Positions 53,293 to 61,714 of a stretch of DNA of 64,000 nt are shown piece after piece (the first letter of the stretch is position 1; every line of letters starts with the position of its first letter). The stretch is from Promethearchaeota archaeon (GTDB taxonomy: Archaea; Asgardarchaeota; Lokiarchaeia; Sigyniarchaeales; SOKP01): positions 31,025 to 95,024 of the forward strand of contig JAEOTA010000014.1 in NCBI GenBank assembly GCA_016840085.1, written 5' to 3'. Both the position numbers and the translations under genes were made by a program. The notes below the pieces were generated by a model. That model was not told the origin of the DNA, did no database searches, and saw nothing but the letters and a program-made list of their open reading frames with translations.

Positions 53293-54564
53293 ATGCTATC
53301 AGCGCCTACTGACAAGAGTTTTAAAAGATATTTATTCTTTTGGCTTGGTCAACTATTCTCATTATTAGGATCATCAATAATAGGATTCGTCATTACTTGG
53401 TGGATTGCTGATACCACGGGAAGTGCAATATATCTATCAATTGCTGCATTTTCTTCTTCCCTTCCAATGGTAATATTAACTCCGTTTATGGGTGTCTTTA
53501 TAGATAGATGGAATCGGAAAATCACGATAGGATTAACTGATTTTCTTCAAGCTTTTACTACATTTTGGATAATTATTATTTTTCTATTAGACATTGAAAA
53601 TATATGGCTTCTTATAGTGCTGAATACAGTGCGCGCTATTTTTCAAGCGATTCATTATCCAACTGTAAATGCAATTATTCCAATAATGATTCCGAAAAAG
53701 CATTTGAGTAGAATGAACGGAATTAATTACTTATTTACTGGAATGATACGCATGATAGGACCGATAGTCGCAGCAACATTATTATTATTTTTGATGATTG
53801 AACAAATTCTTTGGATTGATATTGGCACTTTTATTTTAGCAATTATTCCATTACTTCTGATTACTATTCCAACGCTACAAACAGATTCTAATGAAAATGA
53901 TAAGGAACCTTTTTTCAAAGAATTGAAATTTGGAGTAAATATTCTTAAGACAGTACCAGGGCTTCTTACCTTATTAGTATTAATTTCTATAATAAATCTA
54001 CTAAATAATCCTTTCAATACATTAATGCCTTTATTTATTAAAGATAATCATTCAGGTGGGGCACTAGAGTTCGCGATAGTAGTAGCAATGTTTCAGGTAG
54101 GAGTTGTTATTGGTGCTCTCATATGTTCAGTTAAAAAAGAATGGAAACATAAAGAAATGATAATTTTACAAACTATAATTATTGGAATTATTGGTTATTT
54201 AATCACAACATTTGCTCCACGTGGTAATTTTCTGCTGATTGGGTTTGGGGGTTTAATTCATGCATCTATGATGCCTATCGCAAACACAATGTTTCTTACA
54301 ATCATACAAACTAAGGTTCCAGCAGAAACCCAGGGAAGAGTCTTCTCAATCGTAATATCGATTGCGTTTTCTATTATGCCTATTGGAATGATCCTTTCTG
54401 GACCTTTAGCAGAATTATTTGGAATGTATATACTTTTCATAAGCAGTCTTATTTTACAGTCAATTATCTTACTTGCAGTATGGATATTTTCAGATATAAG
54501 GCACATTAACAATAAAAAAATGAAAATTGAAAGTGAAGATAATATTGAAACAAGAGATATTTAA
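53293..54564 (+). CDS. MFS transporter (DHA3/MefA-like)
   Basis: WLGQLFSLLGS, GVFIDRWNRK, QGRVFS; about 12 TM. Confidence 0.85.
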   Translation: MLSAPTDKSFKRYLFFWLGQLFSLLGSSIIGFVITWWIADTTGSAIYLSIAAFSSSLPMVILTPFMGVFIDRWNRKITIGLTDFLQAFTTFWIIIIFLLDIENIWLLIVLNTVRAIFQAIHYPTVNAIIPIMIPKKHLSRMNGINYLFTGMIRMIGPIVAATLLLFLMIEQILWIDIGTFILAIIPLLLITIPTLQTDSNENDKEPFFKELKFGVNILKTVPGLLTLLVLISIINLLNNPFNTLMPLFIKDNHSGGALEFAIVVAMFQVGVVIGALICSVKKEWKHKEMIILQTIIIGIIGYLITTFAPRGNFLLIGFGGLIHASMMPIANTMFLTIIQTKVPAETQGRVFSIVISIAFSIMPIGMILSGPLAELFGMYILFISSLILQSIILLAVWIFSDIRHINNKKMKIESEDNIETRDI

Positions 54565-54664
54565 TTCAAAAATCTATACACAGAATTAATTTTAAAACAG
54601 TAATAACTTTTAATTTGTATACTATTTTCTTTATTAAATACAAGATTTATATCATTATTTAATT

Positions 54665-55807
54665 ATGACTAAAGGAATTATTCTATCTGGAGGCTGGGGA
54701 ACTCGATTACGCCCATTGACTTGCACTATACCTAAGACTTTAATTCCCATAGTGAATAAACCGGTTATTGAACGCCAAATTTTGTTATTAAAAGCTGCTG
54801 GTGTAAAAGATATCGTACTCGCTGTTAGTGTAATGGGCGATATATTACAGAATTATTTCAAAAATGGTGAAAAATTTGGTATTAATATTCAGTACACAGA
54901 AGAAAAAAGTCCCATGGGAACCGCTGGTGCTGTGAAATTAGCTGGAGATTTGTTACAAGAAGAGAATTTTTTCATGTTAAATGGAGATGTGATTTTAAAT
55001 TTTGATTTTACTCAAATGATTAAATTTCATGATCAATATAAAGGAATAGGATTAATTGCAAGTAAAATCGTTGAAGATCCTTCTAGATATGGGGTTTTAA
55101 TTACAGAGGAAAAGTCAAATAAGATCTTAAAATTCCTTGAAAAATCAGAATATACACCTCCAGAAGGGAAGGATGTTCCAATGCCTATTAATGCTGGAGT
55201 ATATCTTTTTGAACCTGAGGTTTTGTCATATGTAGAACCTATGAAAAAGGTTTCAATTGAAAGAGAGATTTTTCCTAAGCTTGCAAATGAAGGAAAACTT
55301 TACCACTATGCAATATCAGGAGTTTGGAAAGATGTAGGGAAGCCTGAAGAATTGTTAGAAGGAAATATTCTCTTATTAAATGACATTTTAAAAAATATTG
55401 ATAAAAAGAATTTAATTGATGACACTCTTGATATTGAAGGCAAGGCTTTAATTTATCCTCCGGTCGCTATAGGGGAGAATGTAGTAATTAGAAAGAATTG
55501 TAAAATTGGACCAAACGCTATTATTGGTAATAATGTGTATATTGATTCCAATACCGAAGTTAAAGACAGCCTAATTTATAATGAAGCATATATTAATAAA
55601 AATGTTAAAATAGAAAATGCTATCATATCTGATAATTGTGTAATTCATGATAGAGTAGAATTAAAAGGGAATGGGCAAAATCTAATTATCTTAGCCTCGT
55701 TCGTAGAAGTATTAGAAAATATCAAATTAGTTGCTCCACCTAATAATTCAATTACAGTGTGTCATCATGAAATTGTTAGAGAATGGAAGGAGTTAAACAA
55801 ATTATGA
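54665..55807 (+). CDS. Sugar-1-phosphate nucleotidyltransferase (mannose-1-P guanylyltransferase-like) with LbH tail
   Basis: GGWGTRLRPLT..PK, GTAGA, NGD, YGV, FLEK, WxDVG; hexapeptide repeats. Confidence 0.88.
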   Translation: MTKGIILSGGWGTRLRPLTCTIPKTLIPIVNKPVIERQILLLKAAGVKDIVLAVSVMGDILQNYFKNGEKFGINIQYTEEKSPMGTAGAVKLAGDLLQEENFFMLNGDVILNFDFTQMIKFHDQYKGIGLIASKIVEDPSRYGVLITEEKSNKILKFLEKSEYTPPEGKDVPMPINAGVYLFEPEVLSYVEPMKKVSIEREIFPKLANEGKLYHYAISGVWKDVGKPEELLEGNILLLNDILKNIDKKNLIDDTLDIEGKALIYPPVAIGENVVIRKNCKIGPNAIIGNNVYIDSNTEVKDSLIYNEAYINKNVKIENAIISDNCVIHDRVELKGNGQNLIILASFVEVLENIKLVAPPNNSITVCHHEIVREWKELNKL

Positions 55808-55837
55808 TACAATCATAATATAATGTGATTTTGAATT

Positions 55838-56116
55838 ATGGAAAATCTACAAGAAAAAGGTCTGAAAATATTTAAAGCTATTTTTGAAGGAAAAAAGACA
55901 GTAGAAATAGATGGCATCGAATATTCTATTAAAAAATTCTCAAGTGGGATAAAATATTTAGATTTGTTTGGGTATCGTTTTATTGAGCAAAACCGCCAGA
56001 AAAAATCTGAATGGGGTAAAAAAGCACGAGAAGGACATAAGATTATGTGGATCATTAAAGGAAGACGATATATGGTAAGAATAATGGATGAAGAATATAT
56101 AGATTTAAAAAAATAA
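55838..56116 (+). CDS. Small basic hypothetical protein
   Basis: 92-aa ORF; FIEQNxxKKSxWxKKARxG. Confidence 0.6.
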   Translation: MENLQEKGLKIFKAIFEGKKTVEIDGIEYSIKKFSSGIKYLDLFGYRFIEQNRQKKSEWGKKAREGHKIMWIIKGRRYMVRIMDEEYIDLKK

Positions 56117-56370
56117 TAAATGAAATCTCTGCATGAATGATACTACAAATATTTACCTATTGAGCTTAAGGAAGTAACCTTACACACAATAATCGGTAAC
56201 ATCTTTTTCTTCCTGTTAAGTCTTGTTATTGATTGGCATCTCAATAATCCTAAATTCAATTTTTAGAATATTACATATACAAGAATTGGACTCCAATTCA
56301 TATATATTCAATATTAATTCTTATTTCCTTAGTGATAAAAAGAAAAAAATAAATATAAAATAAAAAAAAG

Positions 56371-56559
56371 ATGGAAGCTAAAATTAAGATGGATATGAAT
56401 TATTATGAGTTTTTGAATGTACTTCAAGATGTATCAATCAATTCCAAAACTATTCAGAAAAATTGCATTAGATGTATTTATGAGAATTATGATATTTCTC
56501 AGGTTAAAAATAAGTTAAATAAGAAAATCGCAAAATTAGACAGATTATTAATAAAATAA
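56371..56559 (+). CDS. Small hypothetical protein
   Basis: 62-aa ATG ORF with CIRC. Confidence 0.4.
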   Translation: MEAKIKMDMNYYEFLNVLQDVSINSKTIQKNCIRCIYENYDISQVKNKLNKKIAKLDRLLIK

Positions 56560-56602
56560 TATTGTATCTTGTTTTTTTATGATTATCACTTTTCCATTTC
56601 CT

Positions 56603-56630
56603 AATTGAGTACTCATTTGAGTACTCAATT
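56603..56630. repeat. Perfect inverted repeat made of two TGAGTACTCA palindromes
   Basis: AATTGAGTACTCA-TT-TGAGTACTCAATT between convergent genes. Confidence 0.9.
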
Positions 56631-56670
56631 TTTACTTAAATTTGTCAAAATTATCATTTTGATTAGCGTA

Positions 56671-57108
56671 CTAAATCCTATCAAGAATGAACGATGGCAA
56701 TTTACCCTCTTTAATTAGAATTTTCACCAAATTAGGCATGCTATTCCATTGTTGAACACAGAAGTTAAATTCTTCTTCTGTGATATCTTTAAATTTTGGA
56801 GCTCTATAAGTTAACATTCCTATAGGCGTCGAGAAAAGATGCTTTACTTTATCACAAGGGAAGTCATCACATTGTGCACAACTATCTAACCCTTTATCTC
56901 GAGCACACGGACGAGCTTTGCATTGCTTATCCGCAATTTTATTTCCTTTACTCTTGCATCCTTCGCAAGCTACATTCTCAGCAGTGTAATTTTCATGCCC
57001 GAGATATTTTTTCCAAGCATCAACCATCTTCTGTCGAACACTTATATCATCTGAACGAGCAGCACATAAATGACAATTATAACCACAATAACCAATCATT
57101 TTTTCCAT
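56671..57108 (-). CDS. DUF3795 family Cys-rich protein
   Basis: GYCGYNCxxC, CxGC, CxxRxC, CxxCxxFPC. Confidence 0.8.
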   Translation of the reverse strand: MEKMIGYCGYNCHLCAARSDDISVRQKMVDAWKKYLGHENYTAENVACEGCKSKGNKIADKQCKARPCARDKGLDSCAQCDDFPCDKVKHLFSTPIGMLTYRAPKFKDITEEEFNFCVQQWNSMPNLVKILIKEGKLPSFILDRI

Positions 57109-57155
57109 GTAGAAATCACTAAATAATATATTTCTCTAAATACAACAAATTAAGA

Positions 57156-57755
57156 TTAACTTAAATTTAACTTTTTTGCGATCAATTCTAAATATGATTC
57201 TCTAATCGATTCTTGTTGCGATATTCCGAAATGTCCTAAAAATTCAAATAGTTTGTTTTTAGTAGACTCTAAATTATTTTGTGTTTCAGATAAAAACTCA
57301 ACCTCTATAAAATGTTGGTTCAGGATTGGTATATAATCAATTAAAGCATCAATATGAAAGTTGTTGAATATAAATTCATATAACTCACGGTCTTTTTTAA
57401 TGGTAAAAATTTCTTTAAATCCAAGGTTTTTTAATAGTTCTCTCATCTTGTCTAAATTTTCAATCTTAATCTCTAATTCTTCACGGGTCTTGGTTGTATC
57501 ATCAATTTTTTTCCCTTTATAGGTTAGGAAATAAGCGACTTTTTGATTCTTCTCTTTATTATTTTTATTAAATTCAATAGATTTTCTAAGTCTTAAAGCC
57601 TCATCTGTTTTTTTAAAATCCCTTAATCCTTTTGGCATGTTAAAATAAGTATCTTCATGAACTAATGACAATTTATATATTCCATTGTATTCTTTGAATT
57701 GTTTTCTCATTAATTCTGGATTTGAGATTTTAACTTTAATTTCTACTTCTATCAT
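57156..57755 (-). CDS. cyaB: CYTH-domain protein (class IV adenylate cyclase-like)
   Basis: EVEIK, DTYF, LRLR, LTYKG, REELE, KxR, FIEVE, SYLEL. Confidence 0.85.
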   Translation of the reverse strand: MIEVEIKVKISNPELMRKQFKEYNGIYKLSLVHEDTYFNMPKGLRDFKKTDEALRLRKSIEFNKNNKEKNQKVAYFLTYKGKKIDDTTKTREELEIKIENLDKMRELLKNLGFKEIFTIKKDRELYEFIFNNFHIDALIDYIPILNQHFIEVEFLSETQNNLESTKNKLFEFLGHFGISQQESIRESYLELIAKKLNLS

Positions 57756-57838
57756 ATTAATACCTTCTAATCTGATAACAATTATAATTTATTCTTTTTT
57801 ATATGTATTTAAAAGATTTTTATTGAGTTGACTTATCT

Positions 57839-58804
57839 ATTTCTCATTTTCAAGAAGCCACCCAAAAACTTGCTCAAGAATACGGATATCTTCCTTATAT
57901 GATTGAGAGATATATTAAATTTTTAGGAATTGATGACACTATAAAACTTTTAAAAGCAAATGAAAAACCTTTAAATCCATCTATACGTGTTAATACTCTC
58001 AAAATTAGTGGAGCTGAATTAAAAAAAAGATTGGAACAGAAGGGTTTTGAGTTAGAACCAATTGATTGGGTTCCTTACGCATTTAAAATAATTAAAGAAA
58101 CTTATAATTTAGGTTCAACTCATGAATTTCTTCAAGGTTATTATTATTTACAAAATATCGCATCAATGCTTCCTTCTATAATTCTTGATCCGAATCCCAA
58201 CGATATTGTTATCGATATGTGTGCAGCACCAGGCAGCAAGGCAACACATTTAGCTCAATTAATGAAAAATCAGGGAACACTAATTTTAATTGATAGAAAT
58301 AGAAATAGAATACCTGCTTTAGAAACTAATTTGCGCAGAATGGGAATCATTAACTCTATAGTTCTAAACATGGATGCTAAAGATATATCTAAATTAAATA
58401 TTAAAGCTGATAAAATTTTGTTAGATGCTCCATGCACAGGAGAAGGATTGATAAGGCAAGATCCAACCCGGAAAAGAAGTAAAAGGTTAAGAGATATCGA
58501 AAAGATGTCTAAAATTCAAAAATTATTACTGAGAGTTGGTTTGAAAGTTTTAAAACCTGGAGGAAAACTGCTATATAGCACGTGTTCAATCGCTCCCGAA
58601 GAAAATGAAATAGTACTAAATGATATCCTTCAAGATGAATCAGATTTCTCGATAATAAAAATTAATAATCAATATGGCATTAATGGACTTACCCGTTTTT
58701 TCGAAAATGCTCTATTGGAGGAAATAAAGTTATCGCAACGATTATATCCTCACCTACATGATACTATTGGTTTCTTCTTATGCCTTATTAAAAGAAAGAA
58801 TTAA
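57839..58804 (+). CDS. RsmB/NOP2-family RNA (cytosine-C5) methyltransferase (probable ATT start; first ATG at 57899)
   Basis: RVNTLK, DMCAAPGSK, DAPCTG, YSTCS, GFF; frame extends upstream through LAQEYGYLPYMIERY. Confidence 0.9.
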   Translation: MSHFQEATQKLAQEYGYLPYMIERYIKFLGIDDTIKLLKANEKPLNPSIRVNTLKISGAELKKRLEQKGFELEPIDWVPYAFKIIKETYNLGSTHEFLQGYYYLQNIASMLPSIILDPNPNDIVIDMCAAPGSKATHLAQLMKNQGTLILIDRNRNRIPALETNLRRMGIINSIVLNMDAKDISKLNIKADKILLDAPCTGEGLIRQDPTRKRSKRLRDIEKMSKIQKLLLRVGLKVLKPGGKLLYSTCSIAPEENEIVLNDILQDESDFSIIKINNQYGINGLTRFFENALLEEIKLSQRLYPHLHDTIGFFLCLIKRKN

Positions 58805-58864
58805 AATTCATCCTAATCTATTAGGGCCAATGAATAGGAAATGGTTTTTTTTTAAATTTATTTT

Positions 58865-58894
58865 TGTAGAAAATTGGTCCTTATACCTTTATAT
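58865..58894 (+). promoter_or_regulatory. Repeated motif copy 1 + TATA box
   Basis: TGTAGAAAATTGGTCCTTAT-acc-TTTATAT. Confidence 0.7.
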
Positions 58895-58969
58895 TTGTAA
58901 CTTGATTAATAATAATGTATTTAGATTTAATCCAAAATAATACTCTTTTGAGAAGAGACATCCAATATT

Positions 58970-59908
58970 TTGATTAATGACACTAAAATAAGTCATGAAA
59001 ATTACCCATTAATCTCTATTCTATATGATTTATTAACGAATGTTAGAATGCTACTTTTTCTAAGACTTTATATTAACAGCTCTCTTAATAAAATCTTAAC
59101 CAATATAGATTTAAGAAATAGGTTCAAATCTGAAATATTAAAAGCATCAATAGGAAATTTTATTAAATTTCTAAATATGAAAATTGAGATAATCAAACGT
59201 TCAATTGGATTACAACATCCTAGTGTTCAGAGAGTATTAGAAATAGCTCAGGAACTTTTGAATCAAAATAAAGTATTAAACATAGAAAACTTATACAATA
59301 TAGCTAAAAGACGCTTAAAATTACCTCGAAATGGACTTTTATATATTATTCAATTTTTAATTAATAAAAAAGTGTTAATTGAGGGTTCAAAGTTCTCAAA
59401 AGAAAGTGCACTCTCTAATCATTATAGAAAAAAAGTGTATAATTATATTAAAACTCATCCAGGAATTCACTTCTCGCACCTAAGAAAAAGAGCTCTTTCT
59501 GACGGTTTGGAAGAAACTGGAAGCTCTGGCCAATTAATTTGGCATTTAGAAATGTTACTTAGATTTAATTATATAAAGAAGATAAAAGTTGGACACTACA
59601 CAGTTTTCCTCCCTTTTGAAATGGTTGAGGATGAGGGAAAACTCTTTTTTCTATTAAGGGATAAAATTAGTAATAAAATCTTACACTTATTAGCGGAGCA
59701 AGACTTAACTATAAAATCGGAAATTTATAAAGCTATAAATGAAAAAAGAGAAGACGTTTATTATCGTATAAAAAATTTAATGGATTACCACATTATTTCT
59801 TTAATTGAAGAATCCGACAAAGAAATTTCTTTAAACCCAAATATAAAGGAAATTTTCCTTGAGATATTAAAAGAAAACAAAAATAAAAAATTAAAACTTG
59901 AATTTTAA
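58970..59908 (+). CDS. Multi winged-HTH transcriptional regulator (true start possibly ATG at 59177)
   Basis: RxxVYxYIxxHPGIHF..GQLxWHLxxL and second wHTH KILHLL..SEI..VYYRIKxL. Confidence 0.75.
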   Translation: MINDTKISHENYPLISILYDLLTNVRMLLFLRLYINSSLNKILTNIDLRNRFKSEILKASIGNFIKFLNMKIEIIKRSIGLQHPSVQRVLEIAQELLNQNKVLNIENLYNIAKRRLKLPRNGLLYIIQFLINKKVLIEGSKFSKESALSNHYRKKVYNYIKTHPGIHFSHLRKRALSDGLEETGSSGQLIWHLEMLLRFNYIKKIKVGHYTVFLPFEMVEDEGKLFFLLRDKISNKILHLLAEQDLTIKSEIYKAINEKREDVYYRIKNLMDYHIISLIEESDKEISLNPNIKEIFLEILKENKNKKLKLEF

Positions 59909-59935
59909 AATTATAAAAGAGGGAAAGGAGCAAAT

Positions 59936-61249
59936 ATGGCATTAAATTGGAATATCGAAGTGATTGTTGATTTTATTGTATCTCTTGTTATCTTAATTAA
60001 CATGATAGTGACATACTTTACGTCTAAATCTCAAAAAATTACTTCATTACTCTATATTAGATTGTCAATTTTTGGTATGTGTATTTTTATGGCCATGGAT
60101 GGCTTATCATTTCTTTTTGTTAGTGAAATGCTTGCTAGGATCACAGGTATCATCCTTTTCCCCACCACAATATTTTTGATAATAGGTATCAATTACACAA
60201 TCAGAGAAACATTTTATTCTAAAGGTCTTATTATGTGCTTCGGATTAGGAGCTTTATTTACTTACTTAACATTTCAACCTGGAGTCGCCAAACCCAGTTT
60301 AGAAACGGGATATCTTAGGATGAATTGGACTGGAGCGTTCAATATACTTGCAATTGTGTTTACTGCATTAATGGCACTTTATTTATTTTATTGGGGATTA
60401 AAAACTTGGGTAAATGCTCCAGTTTTGATAAAAAAAGAAGCATCTATTTTCTTTTTAGGCATTATAATAGCATCGCCAGTAGGAATGGTTTTTTATTTTC
60501 TCTATCTAATGGAACCAGTTTTTATTTTAGCTTCTGATTTTTCAATGATAATAGGCATTCTGATTTTTCTTATAGCTATACTACGTGAACCAAAACTCCT
60601 ATATATATTGCCTTTCACTGTTTATAGAATTAGTGTAAAAGATAGAGAGGGTTTTCCACTGTTCGATCATGATTGGTCTAAATCTAACATAAGTGATACA
60701 ATATTTACAGGATTTTTAAATGCTGTTCAGCTTATGAGCGAGGAAGTAATGAATATTGGGGGCTTATTAGATATAAATTTAGAGGAAGGGATTTTAATTT
60801 TAAGAGAATCCAAATTAATAACAGTAGGATTAGTTGCCTCTAAATCTTCTAAATTATTAAGTGAATCAGTAGTAAAATTTACAAATGATTTTGAGATAAA
60901 ATTTGAGAAAGAATTAAGAAAATCAGTTAAAAATATGTCTCAATATGAGGATGCGTTTGAACTTATAGAAAAATACTTCTCTAACTTTCCTTATAAGATA
61001 TTAAAGAGTAAAAAACAACCATTACTTTTAGCAGGTAAATATGCTAGGATTCCCTTAGAAATAGAAAATAAATTAAAAACTATTTTTACAGATGAAAAAG
61101 AATATGAGTTTATAAAGACCGAACTACAAAGATCTCCCTTTTATTTTACTAAGGGATTTTTATCCTTATATGACGAAGTGAAAAAAGAAGAACGAATCTC
61201 TGGAGAAGAACTTAAATATTTAGATACGGAAGTAAGTAATAATAAGTAA
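59936..61249 (+). CDS. 7-TM membrane protein fused to cytoplasmic longin-like domain
   Basis: Seven hydrophobic helices (aa ~8-216), then VYRISVKDREGFPLF..FTGFLNAVQLMSEEV..LVASK..FTNDFExxF. Confidence 0.7.
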   Translation: MALNWNIEVIVDFIVSLVILINMIVTYFTSKSQKITSLLYIRLSIFGMCIFMAMDGLSFLFVSEMLARITGIILFPTTIFLIIGINYTIRETFYSKGLIMCFGLGALFTYLTFQPGVAKPSLETGYLRMNWTGAFNILAIVFTALMALYLFYWGLKTWVNAPVLIKKEASIFFLGIIIASPVGMVFYFLYLMEPVFILASDFSMIIGILIFLIAILREPKLLYILPFTVYRISVKDREGFPLFDHDWSKSNISDTIFTGFLNAVQLMSEEVMNIGGLLDINLEEGILILRESKLITVGLVASKSSKLLSESVVKFTNDFEIKFEKELRKSVKNMSQYEDAFELIEKYFSNFPYKILKSKKQPLLLAGKYARIPLEIENKLKTIFTDEKEYEFIKTELQRSPFYFTKGFLSLYDEVKKEERISGEELKYLDTEVSNNK

Positions 61250-61328
61250 ATTTAATCAATATTAATCATTATCCTATTTTTTTTTATTAGTAAAGATTTT
61301 CATGTTAACTTTTTTGTAAAATCACTTT

Positions 61329-61359
61329 TGTAGAAAATTGGTCCTTATGGTTTTATATA
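61329..61359 (+). promoter_or_regulatory. Repeated motif copy 2 + TATA box
   Basis: TGTAGAAAATTGGTCCTTAT-ggt-TTTATATA; 23-bp identity with copy 1. Confidence 0.7.
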
Positions 61360-61600
61360 TTCAAGTGATGTAATTGATCATGGTTTCGCTTCTAGAAGAA
61401 TATAAGGGAGAATAGAGTGGAATCTAATGTTTATAAAATTAGGAGGAAATAAAACTATATTGGTGCTTTTAATATCATAACCTTTTCCTCTTAATGTAAA
61501 ATATTCTCTACTTATATTATTTTATTGGGATTTAATATTTTAAATACTTTCAATATCTAAAAATAACCAACCTAAAGCTACATTTTCACCTCATATTTCA

Positions 61601-61631
61601 TGCAGAAATTTGGTCCTAATAACTTTAAATA
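61601..61631 (+). promoter_or_regulatory. Repeated motif copy 3 + TATA box
   Basis: TGCAGAAATTTGGTCCTAAT-aac-TTTAAATA; 17/20 match. Confidence 0.65.
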
Positions 61632-61714
61632 TATAGCATTCATAAACATATATTAACCATTTTTATTTAAACTTCAAAAATATATTAATAATCTATATAA
61701 ATGGGTGAAAAAAT

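Noticed and set aside
58862-61620. CRISPR array interpretation of the repeated 20-mer
   Set aside because: Only three copies with irregular spacing (about 2460 and 270 nt), no cas genes, fixed linkage to TATA boxes
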